Below, piece after piece: positions 52,220 to 64,000 of a stretch of 64,000 bases of DNA; position 1 is the first letter of the stretch; every line of letters begins with the position of its first letter. The notes under the pieces are model-generated. The model was not told the origin of the DNA and ran no database searches. It saw nothing but the letters and a program-made list of their open reading frames with translations. The position numbers and the translations under genes were made by a program. Source of the stretch: Felis catus (lineage: Eukaryota); the NCBI RefSeq assembly GCF_018350175.1, contig NC_058368.1, forward strand, positions 64,544,001 to 64,608,000. Direction: 5' to 3'.

Positions 52220-52434
52220 AAATTTTTTTTAATGTTTATAGTTGAGAGAGAGAGAAAGAATGAATGTGCGAGTGGAGGGCAAGGGGCAGAGGGAGACAGA
52301 GACAGCATCTGAAGCAGGCTCCAGGCTCTGAGCTGTCAGCACAGAGCCCAAGGTTGGGCTTGAACTCACAAGCCATGAGATCATGACCTGAGCTGGAGTG
52401 GGATTCTTAACTGACTGAGCCACCCAGTTGCCCC
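52220..52434 (-). mobile_element. CanSINE (feline)
   Basis: Full body; TSD ttagatacctcttaa/ttaggtacctcttaa. Confidence 0.97.
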
Positions 52435-52799
52435 TGATTTAGGTACCTCTTAACCCTGGAAAATATAGAGATGAATAAGACACAGTCCCTTACCTCAAAG
52501 AGTACAGGTTCCTGCATGAATATTAGCTTTTAATACATACATTACTTATTAGCCATAAGCCAAATTTTAGGAAAATAGATCCACTAGTAATTTAGCTTCA
52601 CTAGAGAGACTATTAAAAGGAACATGAATCATAATAAAGCCTACATTTGATTGTTTATACAATTTTGTTGTGCTTTGACATACATTATATTAATTCTTAT
52701 AATAATCACACTTAGTTATTGTAACAGTATCTCAGGCCAAGTAGCTTGTGTAGAGTTGAGAACAGCTTTTACCTATACTGTACTATACTGCTTTCCTGT

Positions 52800-53066
52800 G
52801 CAGAAAAATATGATTCCAAAAATGGACTTTATACAAAAAAACAAAAAAAAAACAACTGACCTCTATTGCTAAGGTCAGGATAATGGATACATTTGTCAGG
52901 GAAAGGGTAAGGATTAGTGATTGGAAAGGAATATGAAGGGACCTTTGAGGATGTATAAACTTCTGTTTCTTGATGTAGGTCATGGTTCATAGTTTGTGAA
53001 AATTCATCAAAATGTACACTTATAATATTTGTACTTTTTATCTATATGTTAGACCTAAATAAAAAT
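52800..53066 (+). mobile_element. L1ME-type 3' end
   Basis: gtcaggataatgg...gtgattggaaagg...ttctgtttcttgat...tttgtgaaaattcatcaa...gtacactta...aataaaaa. Confidence 0.8.
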
Positions 53067-54224
53067 TTCTACCTATATAGTATACCTAAAAAATACACAT
53101 ACACACTGAGATAGATGTGCATATATGTCCATATAGAAACATATAAACATCTGTGTGTGTGTGTGCATGTATGTATGCTATGAGTTCAACCCAATATCAA
53201 AACTCACAAGAAAACCCCATTTTTCCCCCAGTGTGACCATCACTATGTTAAAGATAGCAAACTTATTAAACAGCCCCCAAGTTTTCAAAGTAATTGGTAT
53301 TAAAGCATAATTGTATTGAAAGACTCAGATTTATGCACTACTTTTCCATGATGGAATGGTAAGTAGATCTTATCCAGTGCTTACCTCAGAACCACTTTAT
53401 TTCTAAAACGCCACCGAAGCATAAGTTAATTAAATTACATAAATTACAGGCAGTGATGGGAAAAGTAATATTTGTTATAAGTGCATGTTCTTGCAGAAAT
53501 CCCTTTCTTGCATTGTGTGCTGATACTTCAGCTGCTTAACAGCTCATATTTTTTAGATGTCCAAAGGGAAGATATATTTAAGTAGGTTAGTTGTCCCTTG
53601 GCTTGTGAAGTGCTAACATTTTTGTTATTCCTAATAGTCCTGCAGGGTAGAACACATTCAAAGCCAGACAGGAGACACAGTGATGTAAAATCTAGTGTTT
53701 ACAGTGCAAATGCTCAGATTCATAGTTATGCTGTGTCATAGGTGGTGGGCTCCTGTGGGCATTCCATTTCACCGGATTCATGATGACTGGGGCTTTGAAA
53801 GCAAAATCAGCTAAAATTAATTCTGCTTGGGAACTGCCCTCTAGAACAAGCTCCATGCTGATGTCGATAAATGCTCTAAGGTAGCAATAGCATTTAAATG
53901 CTTGACAAAAATGCAACTATTAACAAGTGAAACATTAATACTGACTTTTTTAATAAGTACATTTTGAGGGGGCCATTTGAAGTTTAGTCAGAATTATAGA
54001 CAGTTTCCCAGACATTCCTAATGATATTGATGTATCCTTTATTATCTATAAATAAGTCAGCATACTTATAATTTAATCATCCTCTTTTTTCCCCTTTTTG
54101 ACAATCTGTGGAATCATATGAATTTCAGGGTGGCTAGTCTACTACTGAACTCTGAAATGACAAAAAAGAATGAAGAATAATAACAATAAAATCCTTCATT
54201 TCCCTGTGTGTTCCATGTACATAT

Positions 54225-54611
54225 GTCCATTCCTTTACCTAATTATTCTACATATATTTCTTGAGTATAACATAGATGATACAACTGACTGGTTTTCTGC
54301 CCTCATAGGGCTTCTATTCTCTTGGGAAGATGGCAGAGCCCAAACAAGTAAATGGTTTAGTATAATGTGTCAGACATCAAAGACTTATTATGGGAAGAAC
54401 TAGGCAAGGTAATGTGAATAGGAAGTGCGGAGTGAGGGGTGTCTGGGTGGCTCCATCAGTTAAGTGTCAGACTCTTGATTTCAGCTCAGGTATAATCTCA
54501 TGGTTGTGAGATGGAGCCTCACATGGGGCTCCGGGCTGGGAGTGGAGTCTGCTTAAGATTCTATCTCTCCTTTTCCCTTACCCCTCCCCTGCTGGTGCTC
54601 ACATGTGCATG

Positions 54612-54679
<68 letters not shown>

Positions 54680-54830
54680 AATTTAAAAAAGAAATTGTGG
54701 GCTGAGATGGGGTGTTGGTGTTGCTGTTTTATCTGAGAGATAGAGACAGTGTCACCAAATGAGGACACTGGAGCAGATACTTCAAGGAAGTAAGGGAGTC
54801 ACCCACATGTATACCTGAGACATGGGTGTT
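54225..54830 (-). mobile_element. L2 3' region interrupted by a SINE
   Basis: tctgccctcatagggctt; ggagcagatacttcaaggaagtaagggag. Confidence 0.7.
54436..54690 (+). mobile_element. CanSINE with expanded (TC)29 tract at 54619-54676
   Basis: ggggtgtctgggtggctc head, body, long TC run, A tail. Confidence 0.96.
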
Positions 54831-55619
54831 CTCAAAAAATCATCCAGAACTTGAAATAACTACTTTCAGAAGACCTCAGAATATTAATTTGCTCTCTCCA
54901 TATTCCCTACAGTATGGATGAGTAAATATTACATGGTTTATTTTTTTGTTTGTCTAGAAACACAAAATATTGACAATACCTGAAGGGTATGTAGGGTTGG
55001 GATGAAAGCCTGATTTACTCATTCACAAACTAGAAACTCTCAGCTGAATGTGAAAACCAGAAAAGAAGATAATATTTAAAATTCAGAAAAAACAAATACC
55101 AGCTCCTAAAAGGGGATAATGTAAGGCAAGTTTTTTAGCCAGCCTGCAAATTATTTTGTAAAAATTAATTATGATGCATTTCTCCCTATGTATGATAAGT
55201 AAGTTTTCATTTTTCAGCATGCTGACCCTTATTCCTGGTATGTTTTGTTTTGTTTTTACATTCTTCTGGTGCGTTCTTATTTAACCTTAATGACTACTAC
55301 AACTTTTGGGAGCATTACTTCCTGAAATCGCGAGGCTGAGTTATTGGTGATTTTTTTTCTGAATTCCTAGAGCAATCACCAGTTAACCTCTAGACTCTGC
55401 CTTTTTCCATTGGATTATTTTCTAGATCTATATTTTTCCCCATGAAAAACATCTTTTTTAGGTTCTTTAATGTCCAGTTCATTGCCTTGCTCAGTTTTGT
55501 ATATTAATTGATGTTTTTTCAAATAAATTAATGGGCAAATGTTTAACTTATAGCCCCCAAATATATGGGACCTCACAAAAATGATTGTGCTTCCATCAGT
55601 GTCCCTGATGCTTTACAGA

Positions 55620-55797
55620 GGAACATAGAGTATTTCCACAGGGTTTAAAGTTAGAAGACTAGGGTCTGCCATTTGGTGTCATTTTAAACACTTCAGTAGC
55701 CCTCATTTTGCTTAGCCCTCAAATAAACGTGTAAATAATGCCTGTCTCAGTCAGGCTGTTTAGGGTCACAGTGGCTAACATTTGAAAGTGCCTTGTA
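55620..55797 (+). mobile_element. MIR, interrupted near its 3' end by a SINE
   Basis: aagttagaagact...gcctcatttt...taataatgcctgtctca...tgaaagtgccttgtaaa. Confidence 0.6.
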
Positions 55798-56016
55798 GGG
55801 ATGCCTGGGTGGTTCAGTCGGTTCATTGTCCGACTCTGGCTCGGTCCATGATCTCACTGTTCCTGAATTCGAGCCCTGCGTTGCGCTCTGTGCTGACAGC
55901 TCAGAGCCTGGAGCCTGCTTCGGATTCTGTGTCTCCCTCTCTCTCTGCCCTTCCCCTGCTCACACTCTCTCTCTCTCAAAAACAAATAAACATTAACAAA
56001 AATTAAAAAAAAAAAG
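55798..56016 (+). mobile_element. CanSINE (feline)
   Basis: Full body; TSD aagtgccttgta at 55786-55797 and 56017-56028. Confidence 0.98.
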
Positions 56017-56326
56017 AAGTGCCTTGTAAATAAATTATAAAGTATCCTTCACTTACTCATTTTTATGACTAGTTCTAATGTTACCTATATTTAGTCAGAA
56101 TAGAGACATAAAAAGGAATTAACCAGATTGTAGAAAAAATAAGCAAAAATGGCTTAAAAGTGATTGACCAAAAAGATTTTCAGGTTGAATCCATCCTGGT
56201 ATACATAATAGTCCAGTAAATCATAGCAAATGTAGTGGCCACCCTGCTTTTGGGTGGCATAAAAGTTCAGTGGAAATCTTTGCTCTTATTAGCCTGAAAG
56301 GAGCATTGAAAAACTTACACAGGGAA

Positions 56327-56451
56327 GGGTGCCTGGATGATTCAGTTGGTTGAGTATCTGACTCTTGATTTTGGCTCAGGTCATGACCTCATGGTTGGTG
56401 AGCTCAAGCCCGAGGTTAGGCTCTGTGCTGACAGTGCAGAGCCTGCTTGGG

Positions 56452-56501
<50 letters not shown>

Positions 56502-56570
56502 CCTCCCCCACTCACACATACACCTATGCTCTCTTTTTCCCTCAAAATAATAATAAATATACATTAAAAG
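56327..56570 (+). mobile_element. CanSINE with expanded (CT)n at 56455-56498
   Basis: Perfect 16-bp TSD aaacttacacagggaa at 56311-56326 and 56571-56586. Confidence 0.98.
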
Positions 56571-57800
56571 AAACTTACACAGGGAACAACTGTATAAACT
56601 TATCCCTGGCAAGGCTATAGAAGGAGGTAGCACAAAGCAGAATACCCCTGGAAACCAAGAAAGACTCAGTGGACTCATTCATTCACAGAACTACATTTCT
56701 GCTTAGTGACAAATCAGAAATTGTTATCATGTTCTCTTGTCAGGAGAAGTCAACTCAAGTACAGAGTATTTCAGGAGTAAACCTATACTAATAGCTTATT
56801 ATCAGATCCATATTAATTAAAAATGTTAAATTGAAAATATTTGAGATGTCCTTGATAGATGAAGTGCTATTCTAATTTGTTTTGAAAGGTTCTACATAAT
56901 CACAAGGTATACAGAAAAGAGATGTGATTTTTTTAGTCTTCAAACTCACAAAAATAATGGCCTGATAAAGAAAAGTGTTATTTTATATAATTAAAAATCA
57001 ATAATTAAGCACACTTCTAAAGCTAATGTATTTTTAAAATCTGTAATTAATACGTATTTTAATGTCTTACACATGTATTTTTATCCTAAAGAAGTCTTTT
57101 GATTAATGCTGTCTTGTACGAAAATAGAGATTTTTCTCAACATACAAGGCAAGCATGTTCTTCATGATCATTCTGGATAAATAGGCTTCCGTGATAACAT
57201 GAAAATGGAATATGACTTAGTGTTCTTGGCCAACATGTAGGTTATTCAACTCAGCATTTTTCTCCTAACAGGCACCATGACACAGATTGTTGAAATAATC
57301 TTTTGTTTTCCTGAGTATTATTCTAAAAATTAAGCAATGCAGTCTTAAACCACCCACCTTTTCAGATTACTCCTCTAACACTTCAACTGAAGCTGTTCTC
57401 TAAATCTTGTTAATACATTATAAATTCAGACTATATCCATTCCAACAAGAAAGGTACACCTCATAAAATGATTATACTATGGTGAATAGTATTCCCTTTT
57501 ATTTGCCTTCAATTTTCTTCTCTTTTGGTTCAAAGCAGGTTCTTTATAACTGAATTCAGTTAAATATATCTTTAATTCCCATAATTGCAAACTCCCTCCT
57601 TTGTCAACTTCACAATTTTTATCATTTTAGTCTGCAAGCCACATCATTTAAGTCTGTTCTCAAAAGACAAACTCTTATCACTTTGATGTTTTTTTGCATG
57701 CTGTGATCAGGATTTAAAAAGCTTTCATTTTATCCCTCTTGAAGTGCAACAACCCCATATATAAGAAACAGGTATAGACTCAGCATTTTGCCCAAGAAAA

Positions 57801-57802
<2 letters not shown>

Positions 57803-57832
<30 letters not shown>
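57803..57832. repeat. (TG)15 microsatellite
   Basis: Directly visible. Confidence 0.98.
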
Positions 57833-57835
<3 letters not shown>

Positions 57836-58819
57836 AAAATATTTCTATAGCTAACCAACAGTGTCAGCGTTGATTTTTTTGTGTTTTTTTTTAACTTTTA
57901 ATAGAGTTGCACATTGATTTCCTTAAGAAAGTAATTAATTAAACCTTGAAAGTGTCTGGCTAAATATTTGATCAAAGAAATGATATCATAGACCACAGAG
58001 CAAAACATAAGCAAACAACCAAACTTGGTGCTGGAAAAAATTCTTCCCTTTCTTTGGAAAAAGTGACTATTCATACCTTTGTTAAATCTTGAAACACAAT
58101 TTTTAGTGTTTCAGAAATAAAGGAAATGTGCCTCTTTTAAACAGTACCTAGTAACCCCCACATTATTGTCCAGCACATTATTTATATCCATAAGTGGTTA
58201 GCTCAGTGTTCTCCTTGACTTCCTATTAGGAGGATGGGGAATAATTTTTCCTGTCTGATAGTTGTTGAACAAAGCTGCCTCCCCCTGAGGCTGACTTCAG
58301 TATGTCAAACAAATGACTGTTCTCTCACAAATAAATGACAATACACCTGTTGGTTGCCTTTTGAATTCACACTTAATGGGCCCCCTTCCAGGGCTTCGAA
58401 TGTGCAGCTGTCCTTTCTTAACGCCAGACTCAATGAGTTCACAGTATTATTTTTTAATAGTTTCTGCAGCAGTTATGTTCTTAAAATTGTCATCCGTATG
58501 AGGCATGATTGAAACACATATACTGAAATGCACACACTAACTTAAAATTAGAAATCTTTGTTAGCAATAAGGATTGGCAGACATTATTTATAGTTTTATT
58601 TCTGTACGTCGATCAGAATAGTCATAATTGGAGAAAGAAGAAGATATATTATCACTTGTATGGATATACTTTTAATAGATAAGGAGAAATGGTTTAGGCA
58701 AACACTCGCCTCTTCATTAAAAATACCATTGAAAGAATTTAATGAAATAAGGGGATTTGCTATTCTGTATTTATGTTAGCATTGACCAGTTATTTGCACA
58801 TTCACTTGCTCTTATTCAG

Positions 58820-59030
58820 GTACTAAGGTGTAGTTAATTAAGGCTTTGGGTTCAGAATGATCTCTAATATTGAATACAGGCTCCACCAATTAGAAAAGTT
58901 ACTTCTACTTTGAATCTTGGTATACTCATTTGCAAACTGGAAATAATAATTCAGACTGTTGTTGTAGAGATCAGATAAAATGACATGAATCTAAGACACT
59001 GTCTTGTATATACCATGAATTCAGGAAACG
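58820..59030 (+). mobile_element. MIR
   Basis: ggtgtagt...ggctttgggttcaga...ggctccacca...ctcatttgcaaactggaaataata. Confidence 0.75.
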
Positions 59031-59449
59031 TTCTTTTTTTCCCTCTTGTATCTTTAGAGGACACAAAAATATAATGCATACATGGTTCACGTATAAAAAT
59101 AATGCAGAACATGAATTTGCACAACACTGGACTTTAATCCTCGGAATAATTCATTTTGACTCACTACTTTCTACATTTTGAGTTCCTCAACTATTTTTTT
59201 TCTCAGTAATAAAAGGAAATGATAAAATATGCCTTCCTCTGGCTCCTAGGATGACTACACAAATTGTACTTATTAACTTATGTGCAAACTCTTTTAGAAT
59301 TCTAATTTTTTATTCTGGGATTCAGGTTTAACCTTCTTCTTGCTCTGTTTGTGTGCTGTTTTGTTTTTTTTTTTCTCTCTCTCTTCCCAGAAACCAAAAC
59401 TCTCTGTACTTCCTCTCTCAAGTTTCTTTCCCCAGACCTAAGTTTGGAT

Positions 59450-60910
59450 TGCTCTTTTAGTCATTGTTTTATTCTACTGGTTTGAGAACTAGACATTCTA
59501 TTCTTTGTGTGTGCATCCTTGTGTGTGTATTGCCGGTCTTTAAATTTTACATCCAAACTTATCAAGCTTCTGAAAACAATATCAGAGGTTAGACAATTTC
59601 TATCATTCTCTTGAATCAAACAATAGGCTTGAAGTATTCTAATTAATATCAGAAACACTGATTAAAGTATTGTTATTCTCTGCCCTAGAACTTGCTTGAA
59701 GTATTGCTGTTAACCCTACAAATTGTTATTCTTGTATTATACAGATGGTATTTCTTTAATTTTAATTAAATACCTAAAATCCTGCCTTTACTCTTCCTTC
59801 TTGCATCTTTTATTTTCCATCTGGGATAGTTTCCTTCTTTAAAAGTCTCATCCTTCCTGTTTTTTGGTGGTAAAATTTCTTAGTTATTGCGTGAAGGTTT
59901 TTTTCTTTTTTCTCATACTTGTTCTGAATTCATAAGCCTAGAAAAATGGTTACTTCCTCTAAACACATTAAAACTAATATTCTACTATCTGGATCATTAT
60001 GGACACTAGAAAATCTGCTGTTTAATTTACAATTTCTTATGTATTGTGTGAATTTTATCTCTGGCTTCCTTTAGTTATTCCCTTTGTCTTTGATTACCTT
60101 GAGTTTCACTAGGCTGGATTAGCATATGCATGCATATCAAAGAGGTAAATCTCTTAGAAATTTATTGATTTTTCTTCCTTCTAGTGCCTTTAATTATAAT
60201 AGATTTTTAAATTTTTTCCTGCATTTGGCAACTTTTGATTGTGAATTCATATTTAACATAATACCACTGGGAAATCTTGAATGACTTGGATTGAGTATTT
60301 TTTTCCCCAGAAAAAAATATCTAATTTCTTCTGAATGGGGTCAGGGTATGCCACAGCCTGAAAACATTTTAATTTGATTTCTCACAGCAGGGAGCCCAGA
60401 TTTAGGTGGAAATATGAATTCAAAACCCAGAATAACCTGAAACAACAGGCCTGGGGCTACAAATTTTAAGGAGACTATTCTGTGCTACAGAGAGGAGCAG
60501 ACCTGAATTGTCTTCATCAGTTCCTTTTATGGTGGACCGTTCTTCTCCCCTGTGTACTCCTTCACTGAAATTAAAACACTTAAAAGTGTCCTGATCTTCA
60601 CAAAAGTGTGGTTCAGAGTCTATGTTTTGTTCCCACACAAGTCCTTGTTTCCCATTTCCCTTATGGTGTATTTATTTTGGAATATTCTGGATCCCTTGTA
60701 CTACCTTGGCCTTTAAAGTGGATTGGCACCAAAGCTTGCCTTTTAAGTTTTATTTTTAAGTTATAGCTTATCTTAATCTTCTGTGTTCTTTGATACTTCA
60801 TGTATTCTCTCTTGAAGTCTGCAGTGCGTTACCATCTATTTTGTTGTCATTTTCCTGCATCTGAGCGTCATTTGTCCCTGCAGAATATGTCAGAATTCCC
60901 AATTCTCCAG
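59450..60910 (-). mobile_element. Ancient HAL1/L1M ORF1-region relic
   Basis: T-rich antisense ORF1-like motifs: ttccatctgggatagtttccttc, tggtggtaaaattt, aacacatta...attctactatct, gaaaatctgctgt, cctttgtctttg. Confidence 0.6.
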
Positions 60911-62949
60911 AATGCAGGTAGTGGTGCTGAAAGTTATTTTTTAAGTTGTACAACTCTTTCATAATTTAAGTTAAATTATTGATTATTCATGTCTGAAACA
61001 TTAAAATTGATCATGCATACTAACATGAGATCAAAACTAATAATTTATGATAGCAATGAATTACAGAAGAACAAGTTCAAGTGTTACAAATGTAAAATGG
61101 TGAATTCTTCTACAATATTTAAACTCCTTTAGGTAGCATTTTAAGTATTACTGAAAAATATTACTCAGATACAAAAGATGGCAAAATAATTGTGAAATCT
61201 GACTGCAACACCTACAAATTTCTAAGGCTACAAAGTTTTAGGCAAAGGTTATTTCGGTAACAACTTGCTCGGTCTTTCCAAACTGGGAGGAAAATACAAG
61301 GGGAGTATTGGTAAATATACAATTGTATCATTAGGTTTTTCTCAAACTCAAAATATAGTCCTCACGTAAATAGGAACTAAAAAATAAATACCTCATCCAC
61401 TTGTCCTGGATACCTAAGTGAAACTTTTTTTTCTTAATGCAAAATGAGGGAAAACTTAGCTGTGAAAACAAAAGATAACTGAAATGCTTTGATAGCAATT
61501 CTGTATTCCCAGCAGCAGTACTCTTGGATTTGGTTTGACAGTCAAGCTGACAGAGCTCAGTAGGCTAGTCTGCACTATGTTTACTAAGTTTTAGGAAGTG
61601 ATGCAGGACAGGAAGTATACAGCATGCACAACAGAGGAGAGATCTCATGAGTCTCTCTATTCAGTCATGATGTCCAGGTCATTCTGACTCAGAATGAGCA
61701 TTCAGAAGTGACTGTGTGAGTATGACCAATCTGATATCTTTTCACCTTTTATACCTAGCTAGTCAGACCTACCATGTGTTGTTCTATCTCATCTATGAAA
61801 CTTATTCATTACTCCATAACCAATTTCAGCAATGAAGTTAGGGTGTTTGGCTTGGTTCTTGGTCAGATTCGCCTCTCCCCCATCTAGTTTAGGCAAATTC
61901 CTAACAATTCCTTGAGATATTATTGAAAAGGGAAGAACAAAGAAGAAAGTGATGAATATTCAGGTTTCCTGGAAGCTAACTCTTAACCCTTTGTCTACAT
62001 ATGGGTATGGCAATGGAAAATTACCTGCCAGATAGCATGCTGAAAATTACTAGGAAGTCTTACTTCTGACTCAATCCTACAAAATGCAGCTTTATGTACG
62101 GACATAGAATAAAATAGAGGGTTACTGGAATATCCTTGACATAGAAAGGAAAAGTTCCGGTGTGAGGACAGGATACATGCAGATGAGATGCACACCAACA
62201 GATGTCCCTTTCCTAAGTGAAGAATAATATTGCTCAAAAGTAGTTACGTTAAGAAGCTCCAAGGTTGAAACAGCAAGAAAACTAAGTTGATAGAGGACAA
62301 CATAATAGGAATCTTTCTTACAGTATAGAACTCCCAATAACAAGTGTTATTGGTGATAGCACATATTTTTTAGCAAAACGGTTTGTGCTGATGAATAATC
62401 TTAGAAAAAAGAAACATGAAAACTGTGAAAAATCATTTTGTTAGGGTTTTTTGTTTGTTTTTCTTTCTTTTTTTTTTCCTGATCAGTAAACAAATAATTC
62501 TTCTAGGGGGATAAATAGAATCAGTTGACAGGAAATATTAGAACTATTTGCATAAATGATATTGAATATCTAGTCAAGGTAGTAGCATGTAAAGAGATTA
62601 AGACACATGAAGAGGACAGTGTATTTTTAAAAAAACTCCAGGAAGTGCATTAATCTCTAACTCTTGGAGGTAGGAGTCAGATCATAATTCACTATGAAAG
62701 TGTATCAAATCCTGGAACCAATATTAAAGTAAAAAAAAAAGTTATATCATTTTCATATAATGTCTTATATGTACATTAATACCCCAGTTAACTCACTCAG
62801 GAGAAGATATTCTGGTTTGGTTATGTAAATCTTCTTGTTGCATAATGATCCTGGCCAGCCTATTCCTTTGCTGGGAATAGAGCCCCAGGGTTACCTCTAC
62901 TTTTATCTGTATGCAACCATGAATCAAAAATCATCAATCTAGGGTTTCT

Positions 62950-64000
62950 GGTTTTGGATAAGATGCAATAATCTGTGAAACCTGAACAATACTGATGGAG
63001 CAGTTCTTTGAGGACTCTAAACAGAAAATGGTGGCAAGTAGATTGGAGAAGAGGACCATAATCCAAAGCACCACAGAACTGGTAATATTTATCTTTTCTT
63101 TTATCCTTCAGTATCCCATGGCCTACATTCACAACAGACTGCAACATGGAAGTAGGCATCAGCACAGACTTAGAGAACACCCAGGGAAGCCCTCTAGTTT
63201 AGGCTTGAGGAGGAGGAAAATGGTTTTCTAATAGCAACAGCAGCATCAAAGGCCTGTCTGCAGCCACGTAAACTCTGATTGGCTAACTTCCTCTTGGATT
63301 GAAGTAGCTGTAGCCATGAGGGTGAGGCCAACTACATTTCTTTTTTCTCTCTCTCTCCTCCCAGCAAATGCCATGACATGGATGAAACTCATAGAGCTCC
63401 AGAGTTGGATAAATAAATCCCCACCTCTCTGTCTAGGGGAAAAAAAAAGGGATCGTGAGGGATTGGAAAGTACTGGGAAGATCCCAGAGAGGGAGCAGCT
63501 CTGGAAAGCTGACACATACTTTCTTTTAATGAACACCTGGGGTCTCTACAGATGAATGGATCTACTGCTGAAGTACACACTGAAGATGTTGAGAATTGAA
63601 TTTAATTAAAGACAACTGACTAGTTTCCAGACTCATAATGGAGTAGGGCACATGCAAGACAGATTTGAATAGCATTGTCAAGACTGAAAATGGAATTGGC
63701 TTTGAATTCACAAGTCACAGGAGACTGGTTAAATCTTGTGACCTGACCCTAATTGAGTTGACTTCCTGCTACAAAATTAAGCTATCTCTGTAAGATGTAT
63801 ACGTGATGTAGATTCCTAAAACTTAATATTCAAAATGTCCTGGATACAATTAAAATCTATCTAACAGGTAACAAGGAAAGTATCAACTCACATATGAATA
63901 TTCAGTCAAAAGATGCCAACACTTTGATGGCACAGTACTTAAGATTACTAGACAAACAACTTAGAAAGTTATTATAAAAGTATTCTAACAAAGGTGAACA
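62950..64000 (+). mobile_element. Ancient L1M (L1M4/MC/ME-like) 5' region and ORF1 start, running off the window
   Basis: caaaatgtcctggatacaat...agatgccaac...agacaaacaacttagaaagttattataa resembles old L1 ORF1 5' sequence; left boundary uncertain. Confidence 0.6.

Noticed and set aside
6311..56570. tRNA genes
   Set aside because: The A/B-box-like sequences are the tRNA-derived heads of CanSINEs and MIRs, not cloverleaf tRNAs.
1..64000. All ORFs in the supplied six-frame track as genes
   Set aside because: All are 145 aa or shorter, many begin at GTG/TTG, many lie in SINE, L2, LTR or microsatellite sequence, and none resembles a protein family I recognise.
1..64000. NUMT, non-retroviral endogenous viral element or processed pseudogene
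   Set aside because: No segment I could recognise as mitochondrial, viral or mRNA-derived with polyA and TSD. A tBLASTx of the unmasked sequence would be needed to exclude highly decayed cases.

Overview
AT-rich mammalian genomic DNA from a cat (Felidae). The assignment rests on about 19 CanSINE/SINEC copies, including a CpG-intact SINEC_Fc-type copy at 49574-49780. I found no recognisable protein-coding exon, RNA gene, CpG island or prokaryotic feature, and every ORF in the supplied track looks incidental. The window appears intergenic or deep-intronic. It is a layered transposon record: old L2 and MIR, hAT-Charlie MER5/MER20/MER3, MaLR MLT1 solo LTRs (several nested in L2 with readable TSDs), a MER31/MER67-type ERV1 LTR, old L1M/HAL1 fragments, carnivore SINEs and microsatellites. 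The most unusual items are: (1) a 1.3 kb TSD-flanked L1 that keeps both termini but has two large internal deletions; (2) several minus-strand exon-like units plus a candidate recursive splice site at 40935, which may mark an unannotated long spliced transcript; (3) a CpG-enriched old LTR; (4) a direct-inverted-direct rearrangement scar at 233-378; (5) motif-dense, TE-free candidate enhancers. Repeat family names come from my recall of consensus sequences, not from a search, and boundaries of old elements are approximate.
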